From IMG/VR virus record IMGVR_UViG_3300032330_000602, positions 1 to 25,614 of that record: a stretch of DNA of 25,614 nt. The stretch is one strand, 5' to 3'. Source of the DNA: a virus. Taxonomy: Duplodnaviria > Caudoviricetes. Of the stretch, positions 1-7,406 are shown one piece after another. Numbering within the stretch: the stretch's first letter is position 1; each line of letters starts with the position of its first letter. The position numbers were made by a program, and so were the translations under genes. Under the pieces are notes generated by a model. The model did no database searches. It had not been told where the DNA came from and was given only the letters and a program-made list of their open reading frames with translations.

Positions 1-1737
1 CAGGTCCAGCGGCGTGGCAGCAGGCGTGAAGTTCAGGGTGCCAGACAGATCGTCAGCCGACGCAATGGCCTCATCGACGGTCTTGGTCTGCAAGACCTTG
101 CTGGGGTCTACCGTCTGCAACGGGCTGATTAGCTGGGCGTCATAGGTATTGGGGTTAAGCAGGTAACGGGCAGCCGCGTCAGAATACGGATTGACTGGTA
201 ACGGTTTTTGCTCGGCCCTATGCTCACCGTACGCAGCTATTCCAGCCATTGGGCCCGAAGTAATTGTTGCGGTAGCTCCAGCTTCAGGGACCCCTTCCAT
301 CAGGTTTTGATTAGGGTTAACGGTTTTAGTTATTACATTACCGCCAAATTGGGTGCCCATCTCTTCGATGTTCTCCCCCAACAATTCTTTTCCAATTGTT
401 TTTGGAATGCTCTTAGCCGCTAAATCTGTGCCGAGACTTTTGGCCAACCCGCGTTCTACGATGGCGGCTTCGGCGCCTGCATATCCCAGCAAACCAAGCG
501 GGGCCGTTATTGCCGCTGCAATTCTTGCTTTGCTTTTTGCAATTTGTTTAATAGCGTCTTCGCTAGACGCCCCGTCTTTTATAAGCTTTTGGTAGTCTTC
601 GTTTTTAGCCCAGACTTTAGGGTCTAAATTTATTAGACTTTCATAGACTGACCCAGCGGCATCCCCGCCGGCCATAACCATGGACGCTCCGGCTCCGCCG
701 GCGGTAGCACCCGCAGTGCGGGCTGCTGTTTGAAGGGCTCCCCCACTGATAGCCTCGCTTAGCGCAACAGTGGGGCTTATTTTTCCAGCAAAATTAACGG
801 CTTGGCCCAGTAAGGCAGACCCTGCTTTAGCCGCGCCTAAAACGCCAAGGAAATAGCCGGCTTGTTTAGTAGTCTCATGTAACGCCAAAGACGGACTGGT
901 AACTAACTCGACGATTGCAGTTGCGTATTTATCTAAAAAACCATTTTCAGAATTAATGCGTTCCGCCATTCGATCTTGGCGTGCTTTTATTTCTGGAGAT
1001 TCAAGCTCTTTAAAATACTTTTGTGACTCGCGCAAAGAATCACCGAGCTTGCTATCAGGTGCAATGATGTTTGTAGGAAGCTGGACAAAAGAAGTTCCAA
1101 ATTGTCCAAGGGCGGATACGGTATCAAGGGCCCATGCTCCCGGCGTTCTAAACTCTTCTGCTTGCCATTCACGGGTAGCTCGGATTGTGTCGGGATTGGT
1201 GGCTCTTGCAATCAGCCCACCGACACCGGTTTCGCCACGGTTGGCCATCTCTTGCGCAATCTGCTGAACCCGGGGATCCTCTGTCTGGGCTAGGCCTCCA
1301 CGCACCAGATCGGCTTGGCCTAGCGTTTCTTTGCTGATTGGGCCGGCGCCATAGCTCAGGCGCTTGTCAATCTCTGCTTGTCTTTCAACCGGGGTTGGCG
1401 GTTCGGCAGCGGTCTCAAGTACGCTTTTGTATTCCGGATTAACGAAGTCCTTTACCCGCTGCATGATGGTGCGGTCGTCTTCCGGCTTTACCAATCGGGG
1501 GTCGGGTTTACCCATGGGCGTAGCGCTGCGCCCCTCGGATGGGGTCACACCTTCAGGCAAAGGCTTTTGCGGCGATGCCTTGGGCTGCACCTCTAACAGG
1601 TGGGCCGTGATCTCATCGTCTTTGTAGCCAGCTTTGCGTGCAGCATCAACGTCAAAATTTGATTTGCTGCCAAGATAGTCCGCGATGTCTGCCGGGCTAT
1701 ATCCGGCCTTTAAAGCAGCTTGAACATCAAACGCCAT
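1..1737 (-). CDS. Large putative ejection/internal virion protein, 3' end runs off the window (579 codons visible); absent from the ORF track
   Basis: ATG at 1737, just after the stop of 1747..2688, and open to base 1. It reads MAFDVQAALKAGYSPADIADYLGSKSNFDVDAARKAGYKDDEITAHLL..., with later Ala/Gly-rich hydrophobic stretches (AGATAGGAGASMVMAGG, IAAAITAPLGLLGYAG). It is the last and largest gene of the post-tail block, the position of P22 gp16/T7 gp16. Confidence 0.8.
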   Translation of the reverse strand, partial: MAFDVQAALKAGYSPADIADYLGSKSNFDVDAARKAGYKDDEITAHLLEVQPKASPQKPLPEGVTPSEGRSATPMGKPDPRLVKPEDDRTIMQRVKDFVNPEYKSVLETAAEPPTPVERQAEIDKRLSYGAGPISKETLGQADLVRGGLAQTEDPRVQQIAQEMANRGETGVGGLIARATNPDTIRATREWQAEEFRTPGAWALDTVSALGQFGTSFVQLPTNIIAPDSKLGDSLRESQKYFKELESPEIKARQDRMAERINSENGFLDKYATAIVELVTSPSLALHETTKQAGYFLGVLGAAKAGSALLGQAVNFAGKISPTVALSEAISGGALQTAARTAGATAGGAGASMVMAGGDAAGSVYESLINLDPKVWAKNEDYQKLIKDGASSEDAIKQIAKSKARIAAAITAPLGLLGYAGAEAAIVERGLAKSLGTDLAAKSIPKTIGKELLGENIEEMGTQFGGNVITKTVNPNQNLMEGVPEAGATATITSGPMAGIAAYGEHRAEQKPLPVNPYSDAAARYLLNPNTYDAQLISPLQTVDPSKVLQTKTVDEAIASADDLSGTLNFTPAATPLDL

Positions 1738-1746
1738 GGCGTGTCC

Positions 1747-2688
1747 TTAATTACGTTCAAAATCGGAAAGCGGGGGCTTGGTGCCATCTTTACCGGTGGC
1801 TTGATTGCGGGCAGTCCATTTAGCCGACGCCGCGTTCCAACGGTCATTAATCGGCGCCACCTCGGCCAGTTTGGCTTTGGCAACGGGGTCGCCAGCGTTG
1901 GCTTTCTTTTGCAAGCTTACGTAGGCGCTGTTGATTTCCGCTGTCGGCACGCCAAGGGCTCGGCCCATTTCGTCGCGTGCGGCTTTCACTTGCCGATCAA
2001 TGTCAATTCCAGATTCGGGTTTACCCTCGGGGCCCTTGGCTTTCAGTCGTTTATCCGCCACGTCTTCAAGAGAATTTGCCCGGATGTTGGCGATTTCAAT
2101 AAGGTGCGCATGCGCGGCCAAATCGGTTTTTCTCAAGTCGGACATATAAGTAGGATCTGCAACCAGATCTCGGGCCTTTTTAATTTGAGCGTCGGTTGCA
2201 TCTTTCGCTTGGATTTTGGCCAAGTCTTTTCCAGCTTCGTACGTAGCTCGGTCGACTGCGGCAGTCGCTGGAGCCAAGGTCGCCTTAACGCCTAGCTTAG
2301 AAGCGCCTTCCACGATATCAGCCGAAGCATTTGCAGGGGCAACAGCCTCCCTGACGCCGGCGGCAGCCGTGCCTTCCGCTACTAGCATTTCGGCTTTTGC
2401 CGCCGGGACACCAGCACCAACCAAAGCTTTGTATTTTGCGGCCTCGGCTTCTGCTGTTTGTTTTAAATACTCAGGGCTGCGAACGCGGGTTTCTTCGGTA
2501 ATCCGACCAGCGACATCGCGCTCACGGGTAATAGCATCGATGGCCAATTTCTTATCTGCTTCGGCGTCTAGAAGTTGTTTCTTTAAATCCACCTCGCTCT
2601 GCTTTTTCATTTCCATATTAGCCGCTTGGCCATAGCCTTCGGCCGCGCCGCCTAGGGCGCCAGAAATCAATCCTGCGAAACTGGGCAT
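1747..2688 (-). CDS. Putative ejection/internal virion protein (313 aa)
   Basis: N-terminal small-residue hydrophobic segment (FAGLISGALGGAAEGYGQ) followed by charged helical sequence; ATG abuts the previous stop; lies in the ejection block. Confidence 0.7.
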   Translation of the reverse strand: MPSFAGLISGALGGAAEGYGQAANMEMKKQSEVDLKKQLLDAEADKKLAIDAITRERDVAGRITEETRVRSPEYLKQTAEAEAAKYKALVGAGVPAAKAEMLVAEGTAAAGVREAVAPANASADIVEGASKLGVKATLAPATAAVDRATYEAGKDLAKIQAKDATDAQIKKARDLVADPTYMSDLRKTDLAAHAHLIEIANIRANSLEDVADKRLKAKGPEGKPESGIDIDRQVKAARDEMGRALGVPTAEINSAYVSLQKKANAGDPVAKAKLAEVAPINDRWNAASAKWTARNQATGKDGTKPPLSDFERN

Positions 2689-2689
2689 A

Positions 2690-3190
2690 TTAAGCTCCCG
2701 TTGGCTGCGGTGCAGCAGGTATATTTTGGTTGCTGTACTGGTTCAGCAACTGGGCCAACTTGTCCGGCGCAACGCCGAACTTCTCGAGAATGGTTGTGAT
2801 CATAATCTGGGTGCCGGTTGCAACGTCAGCATTGGTTGGTTTTTCCAAACCACTTTTGCGCAAAAAGTCCACCGCTTCCATCAGCAGCTTTACGCCAGCC
2901 GGAATAATTACGGATGGGGGCATCGTCTTGTTCGATTCTTTAAACAGCAACAGCATCAAGCCTGCAATGCCTTTGCCCAAACGCTCGCCAAGCGGGCCGG
3001 GCTTTTTAAGTTCTTCCAGCATGACCCGGTGGCTTTCCTTGGAAAACATGACTTTCATTCCGGCAACCACCGTGCGGTCGTAAGCCTTTTGTAATTCAGG
3101 AGGCATCTTGATATTTTTAGACACGTCCTCTGTGGATATTTCGGCGCCATCAGGGCGGCCCATTTTGTCTTGAATGATTCCGGTTGCCAT
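2690..3190 (-). CDS. Hypothetical helical protein in the ejection block (166 aa)
   Basis: Strong SD (AAGGAG) before ATG 3190; tightly packed between neighbours. Confidence 0.8.
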   Translation of the reverse strand: MATGIIQDKMGRPDGAEISTEDVSKNIKMPPELQKAYDRTVVAGMKVMFSKESHRVMLEELKKPGPLGERLGKGIAGLMLLLFKESNKTMPPSVIIPAGVKLLMEAVDFLRKSGLEKPTNADVATGTQIMITTILEKFGVAPDKLAQLLNQYSNQNIPAAPQPTGA

Positions 3191-3200
3191 TGTGTTCTCC

Positions 3201-4193
3201 TTATGCTGGGCGGGCGCCGGCGATCAGACCGGGTTGTTGGGCCCAAGGCTGTTGTACCACGGCGTTGGGGTTTACCGTGAATCCGGCATTTACAGATCCA
3301 TAGCTGGCATTTAAATTTGCACGACGGGCTTTTTCTCGATCAAGAGCCGCTTGTACTTCTTGGGCCTTTGCGTTGGCGTATCCAGTGTTTGCTTTCAAAG
3401 CATCCAGCTCGGCATCTGTTTTGCCGCTAAGCCAATTGGCTACGCCGCCAATAGTCTGCGCGGCCACGTAGGCGCCAGTCGGGTTGTTTTTCAACGCATC
3501 CATTGCGTTGGTGCCGGCCTGCGAAATGGCTTGGCCATAGTTGCCGGCTTTGATTTGATCGATGATGCCGGGCGGGGCTGGTGTGGGGCCGCCCAAAGGA
3601 GTAGGGCCCCCCATAGTTCCGGCGTTGGGCGACCATGCGCCCGACGGAGGTACCAAGACGCTATCGGCCATGTTGGGTATGCCAGTGTTCAAACCCGGAA
3701 CGGGTGCGTTTGATGGGCCCAGAGCTGGAGGGGTAGCAGATGGAGGGGTAGCAGATGGCGCGGCTTGCGGACCGGGGGCCTGCACTGCCGATTGCCCCAA
3801 AGATCGGGTTGCGTTACCGGCGTTGGTTGCGTTTGCGCCATAGCCAAACGTATCGCCCATGCTTTTGCCAAACGTCTCGCCCATCGTGTACTCTGCGAAT
3901 TGGCCTAAGCCACCCACAATGTTGGCGGCCATGCCCAGCTTCATCAAATCTTTATTGCCAGAGACATTGCCTATCAAACTGACTGCGGCGCCAGCAAAGC
4001 TCAAACCCTCCATCAAAGAGGCGGTCCCGGCAAGTACTTCAGCCCCGGTAAGGAACATGCTCCCGATAGAGATGGCCGCGCTAATCGGGTCGTTCTTTTC
4101 GCCATAGGCCGCGCCTCCGGTCGGGTCGCCGATCGGGTGCTCCAAAGCCATTGCCCGCGTTTGCGAACGGGACAGGTAAGTTTTCTTAATCAT
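3201..4193 (-). CDS. Putative ejection (pilot) protein, P22 gp7-like position (330 aa)
   Basis: ATGA overlap with the upstream gene; polar leader, then Ala/Gly hydrophobic helices, a Pro-rich linker and a C-terminal helical segment. Confidence 0.7.
   Translation of the reverse strand: MIKKTYLSRSQTRAMALEHPIGDPTGGAAYGEKNDPISAAISIGSMFLTGAEVLAGTASLMEGLSFAGAAVSLIGNVSGNKDLMKLGMAANIVGGLGQFAEYTMGETFGKSMGDTFGYGANATNAGNATRSLGQSAVQAPGPQAAPSATPPSATPPALGPSNAPVPGLNTGIPNMADSVLVPPSGAWSPNAGTMGGPTPLGGPTPAPPGIIDQIKAGNYGQAISQAGTNAMDALKNNPTGAYVAAQTIGGVANWLSGKTDAELDALKANTGYANAKAQEVQAALDREKARRANLNASYGSVNAGFTVNPNAVVQQPWAQQPGLIAGARPA
3726..3758. repeat. 15-bp in-frame tandem repeat (TGGAGGGGTAGCAGA x2.2) encoding PSATP units
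   Basis: Exact copies at 3726-3740 and 3741-3755. Confidence 0.9.
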
Positions 4194-4579
4194 GATTTCC
4201 TCTCAAAGGGTAGGCTGTCAAGCATGAAGTACTCGAAGTCTCCGTCTTTCCAAGTGGGCGTAAACCCAATTCGTTTTACAAATTCTTTTTGCTTTACTCG
4301 CCCATGTGCAATCCGAGTAGTCAAAAATCCGTGTCTATCAAATACCGGCTGTAAGAAATTCCGTACAGACCCGCGCACGCTGGCCGCTGGTCGCCATCCC
4401 GGTATCAAAGCAAAGTGCACTTCCGTGCCCTTGGCCACCATGGTCCAAACGTGTTGGCCGTCTTTCTCAAACGGCAACACATCCCAGTCTGCAAAATAAT
4501 CCAGTATGGCCCACCGCGAAAGCGATGTGCCCTTGCGAACCGAACTGATGATCGGCTCAAGCAAGTCGTCACGCGTCAT
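4190..4579 (-). CDS. GNAT-fold-like virion assembly protein (P22 gp14-like position, 129 aa)
   Basis: EVHF motif and C-terminal EFVKRIGF resemble the GNAT 'F..r.GF' motif; ATGA overlaps at both ends; sits directly before the pilot-like gene. Confidence 0.6.
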   Translation of the reverse strand: MTRDDLLEPIISSVRKGTSLSRWAILDYFADWDVLPFEKDGQHVWTMVAKGTEVHFALIPGWRPAASVRGSVRNFLQPVFDRHGFLTTRIAHGRVKQKEFVKRIGFTPTWKDGDFEYFMLDSLPFERKS

Positions 4580-6186
4580 GGTGCAAAGCTCAGCAGATCT
4601 TTAAGGCCAGAAATGCCGGATGTCGAACTAAGTATTGCCAAGGAATTCTGAAGATACGTTTTTTGCATGTTGACCGCAGCTTGTTTGGGCGAAATTCCAT
4701 TCACGCCATCTTCTGCTTTTGCGCTCAGATCCGGGTTGGCCATGATGTCGGCAATGTTTTTGGACACCTGCTGGAACGTCTCATTTGCGCTTGCCGATGC
4801 CTGCATCTGGTTTTTGTATTTTGCCTCGGTCGCAGCAAGATTGGCTCGTGTAGATGCGTCGATGTTCTGTAGCTCAATCTTTGTTTGCGCGTCGGCATTG
4901 GACAGGGCGTACTTCATTGACTGGTCCATCATTGTCTGGACGGTCGAATTCAACGCGTTGGCGTACTGCTTGGATACGTCTGTTTGGTTGGCTGCCGAGA
5001 ACTGGGCGGCCTGATTCTGAGCGGCAGCGTTGGCCAAAGCGGCTTGGTTGGTAGCCCCGGCCGTGTACTGGGCTGCTTGGTTTGCCGCGCCGGCGTTGAC
5101 TTGGGATGCTTGGTTCAGAGCGGTAGCCCCGTACTGGCCAGCTTGATTGACCGCAGCCGCGTTGGTCAGGGCGGCTTGGTTGGCCGCTGCGGAACCAAAC
5201 TGTGATGCTTGGTTGGCCGCGCCGGCGTTGGTCAGGTTGGCTTGGTTGATTGCGGTAGCGCCAAACTGATTGGCTTGATTTGCCGCACCGGCGTTGGTCA
5301 AGGCAGCTTGGTTGGCTGCGCCAGCACTGAAGCCCGCAGCTTGGTTTTGAGCCGCTGCGTTAGTCAAGGCGGCTTGGTTGCCTGCGCTGGCAGTAAAGCC
5401 AAGTGCTTGGTTTTGAGACGCTGCGTTAGCCAGCGCAGCTTGGTTGCCCGCGCCAGCCGTGAATTGAGCCGCTTGATTTGAACCGGCAAGATTTTCAGCA
5501 CCAGCTTGATTGGCTGCGGCCGCATTAAATTGCAAACCGGTGTTGCCTTGATTGACATTAAACTGGGCCAATTGATTGGCCGAGTTGGCATTGAACTGGC
5601 CGGAGTTGGCGTAGGTGGCGGCGTCTGACTGGGCAATTGGAAGGGCTGCTGCATAGAGTGCTTGTTGGCCAGCGCCGACTGCCATGCTGGAATTGGTCAA
5701 TCCCCGGGCGTTCATTTGGGCCAGCGAGTTGGCGCGGGCTTGTTGAAGCAGGGGTGAGTTGGACGCGATGATCCCGCCAAGTTGGCCTTGCACGGTTTGA
5801 TTGGGGTCAATGTTCCAGTTAGTCCCAAGGGCTTGACCGGCGTTGTAACCAGACGCATCTCGACTGCCTGCGGTGTACCCGCCCGAACCTGCGGTCGATG
5901 CGTCGTAACCAGTTGCGCCTGCGGTTGCGGCGTTGTAACCAGTGGACCCGGCATTGGCTGCGTTATAACCAGTAGCACCGGCGTTGGTGGCGTTATAGCC
6001 CTGACTGGTGGCCGTGCTGGCGTTATAGGTGAACGGGTTAGCCTGAGCGGCGTTGTAGCCGGTAGCGCCTGCTGTAACGGCGTTGTAGTTTGTGGCTTGG
6101 GGCGCCGCGATGGCGGTCTGAGCCGCGCCAAGCAGGTTTTTACCGCCGGTAACATTTAGATCAAAAGGATTGTTTGCTGTTGCCAT
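4576..6186 (-). CDS. N/Q/A-rich repeat protein, putative ejection/DNA-conduit protein (536 aa; start revised from 6249 to 6186)
   Basis: GGAG SD precedes ATG 6186 (MATANNPF), whereas the track's longer start runs through a terminator. It contains 10-aa and 11-aa repeats and an MNARGLTNSSMAVGAG segment typical of podophage pilot-like proteins. Confidence 0.75.
   Translation of the reverse strand: MATANNPFDLNVTGGKNLLGAAQTAIAAPQATNYNAVTAGATGYNAAQANPFTYNASTATSQGYNATNAGATGYNAANAGSTGYNAATAGATGYDASTAGSGGYTAGSRDASGYNAGQALGTNWNIDPNQTVQGQLGGIIASNSPLLQQARANSLAQMNARGLTNSSMAVGAGQQALYAAALPIAQSDAATYANSGQFNANSANQLAQFNVNQGNTGLQFNAAAANQAGAENLAGSNQAAQFTAGAGNQAALANAASQNQALGFTASAGNQAALTNAAAQNQAAGFSAGAANQAALTNAGAANQANQFGATAINQANLTNAGAANQASQFGSAAANQAALTNAAAVNQAGQYGATALNQASQVNAGAANQAAQYTAGATNQAALANAAAQNQAAQFSAANQTDVSKQYANALNSTVQTMMDQSMKYALSNADAQTKIELQNIDASTRANLAATEAKYKNQMQASASANETFQQVSKNIADIMANPDLSAKAEDGVNGISPKQAAVNMQKTYLQNSLAILSSTSGISGLKDLLSFAP
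4987..5613 (-). repeat. 19 tandem 33-bp (11-aa) degenerate repeats, alternating to give a 22-aa period
   Basis: Units such as GNQAALTNAAA / QNQAAGFSAGA align without gaps from YANSGQFNANS to QNQAAQFSAAN. Confidence 0.92.
5827..6096 (-). repeat. 9 tandem 30-bp (10-aa) degenerate repeats, consensus ATGYNAxxAG
   Basis: Tyr recurs every 10 residues from ATNYNAVTAG to ASGYNAGQAL. Confidence 0.9.
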
Positions 6187-6197
6187 TATTGCTCCAC

Positions 6198-6228
6198 AAA
6201 TAAGAAAGCCACCCTTGGGTGGCCTTTT
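6198..6228 (-). terminator. Intrinsic terminator-like hairpin between the lysozyme and ejection genes
   Basis: Minus strand: AAAAG GCCACC-CAAG-GGTGGC TTTCTTATTT. Confidence 0.7.
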
Positions 6229-6230
6229 GC

Positions 6231-6280
6231 GGGCGCACGGGCCCCGCAAAGATTTTACGTCAAGAATTCGAAAGGAACAA
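6231..6280 (-). promoter_or_regulatory. Putative sigma70-type late promoter B with conserved leader element
   Basis: TTGTTC (6280-6275), 17 nt, TAAAAT (6257-6252), then CTTTG-CGGG-GCCC-GTGCGCCC; spacing identical to the site at 19809-19859. Confidence 0.6.
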
Positions 6281-6742
6281 GGCCCTTTCGTCGATCCGCC
6301 GATTTTGCAAACCTTTAAGCGGTTTGCCGTTAGCCATACAATATTTCAGAAATTCCTCCGCAGCGCCCGCCTTATCGCCTCGAAGCAGTTTCTGACGAAG
6401 CGTTGAACGCTGGAGTGCTCCGAGGCCCACATTAAAAGAGAAGCTAACAAGGCCATCAAACATGCCCTGTGTAAGAGGGACAGGGCAGAATTGTTCGACC
6501 CCGCGCTCAAATCGAGCCAGATCTGCTGCAAGTATTCCATCGACTTCCTCCATAGGGAAAACCCTATCATCTTCTGGGCGCAGGGGAAACGCATCCCGCT
6601 GCTCAAGTTTTAGCCTGCCCTGCTCAGGGTAAAGCACATGCCCTACCCCTATGGTCCAGAGCTTGGCTGGGCACCGGTATGCACGCTGGCGGGTGCCCTC
6701 GTGGTGTTTGATCACCCCCAGTGCTTTGGCTGAAACTTTCAT
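6260..6742 (-). CDS. Endolysin, GH24 (T4/P21-like) lysozyme, 160 aa (start revised to 6742)
   Basis: Catalytic E-X8-C-X5-T pattern (HHEGTRQRAYRCPAKLWTIGVGH), FDGLVSFSFNVG and LKGLQNRRIDE; ATGA overlap at 6742. No N-terminal SAR/signal segment. Confidence 0.95.
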   Translation of the reverse strand: MKVSAKALGVIKHHEGTRQRAYRCPAKLWTIGVGHVLYPEQGRLKLEQRDAFPLRPEDDRVFPMEEVDGILAADLARFERGVEQFCPVPLTQGMFDGLVSFSFNVGLGALQRSTLRQKLLRGDKAGAAEEFLKYCMANGKPLKGLQNRRIDERALFLSNS

Positions 6743-6894
6743 TTGTTTTTCACCGTTTGAACACAACCGACTTTATATCCCAAATCGCGCCATTCCTGAG
6801 CCGCTTTCTGACAGGCGGCCTCGTACTCAAAGTACCCCACCGTGGTGATGTACTGCATGTTGATCCCGGAAATTAAAATCAGAGTCCAGATCAT
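6739..6894 (-). CDS. 51-aa micro-protein with hydrophobic N-terminus and two Cys
   Basis: MIWTLILISGINMQYITTVGYFEYEAACQKAAQEWRDLGYKVGCVQTVKNK; ATGA overlaps at both ends, exactly filling the holin-lysozyme gap. The track's 121-aa version starts too early. Confidence 0.8.
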   Translation of the reverse strand: MIWTLILISGINMQYITTVGYFEYEAACQKAAQEWRDLGYKVGCVQTVKNK

Positions 6895-7406
6895 TTTCCA
6901 AAGGCCCGGCCCCCAAAATGGAATGCGATGATGGAAGCGAACAGGGCTTGGGTGTTGGAATCCCACAAGCGCTCGGCAAGGACCGGGAACTGCACGCCGT
7001 TGTTGTACCCGTAAACGAACAGGCCGATGTCCACAAATACCAGAAGGAAGAAAAAGCCCAGAGTGATGAAGCTGCGAACACCTGCACGCAGGTTCTTCAT
7101 CCATTGGCTGGTGCCGTCGTTGAGTGACTCGTCGTGCTGGTAGATGGCATTCATCTCAGCCACTTGGGCGTTGACCAGATTCTCGTTTCCGCGTGCGGTC
7201 GTTTCCATCTCAAGCTGGGCGCTGTGGATTTGCTCAATCCGTTCCTGCGCTTCAAACCCAGCCTTGCGCAATTCCAACTCACGCTCGATCTGAAGCTGGG
7301 CTAGGGCAAGCTCGTGTTTTTTGTCGTTGCGGTCTTGGAAAAAGTCAAGCAATTTGGGCAGGCCGCCCATTAAGAATGAAATCAGAGTAGACAAAATCGT
7401 AAGCAT
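6891..7406 (-). CDS. Putative holin (resembles the 3-TM 'gene-transfer release' holin family), 171 aa
   Basis: N-terminal hydrophobic helix, DKKHEL coiled coil, WMKNLRAGVRSFIT followed by a TM segment, and C-terminal IIAFHFGGRAFGK; lies upstream of the lysozyme. Confidence 0.7.
   Translation of the reverse strand: MLTILSTLISFLMGGLPKLLDFFQDRNDKKHELALAQLQIERELELRKAGFEAQERIEQIHSAQLEMETTARGNENLVNAQVAEMNAIYQHDESLNDGTSQWMKNLRAGVRSFITLGFFFLLVFVDIGLFVYGYNNGVQFPVLAERLWDSNTQALFASIIAFHFGGRAFGK

Noticed and set aside
4987-6096. CRISPR array or ice-nucleation protein repeats
   Set aside because: Units are degenerate coding repeats without unique spacers; the 10- and 11-aa periods differ from the 8/16/48-aa AGYGST repeats of InaZ.
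6187-6249. ORF-track upstream starts at 6249, 6766, 7104 and 19533
   Set aside because: They run through terminators or other genes; downstream starts with SD or ATGA coupling (6186, 6742, 6894, 19506) fit better.
6226-6250. N4 virion-RNAP hairpin promoters
   Set aside because: Hairpins lack the 3-nt loop typical of N4 promoters and sit downstream of sigma70-like hexamers.
6650-6705. Cys instead of Asp in the lysozyme catalytic triad as a novelty or SAR-type switch
   Set aside because: E-X8-C-X5-T is a known GH24 variant and there is no N-terminal SAR helix from the 6742 start.
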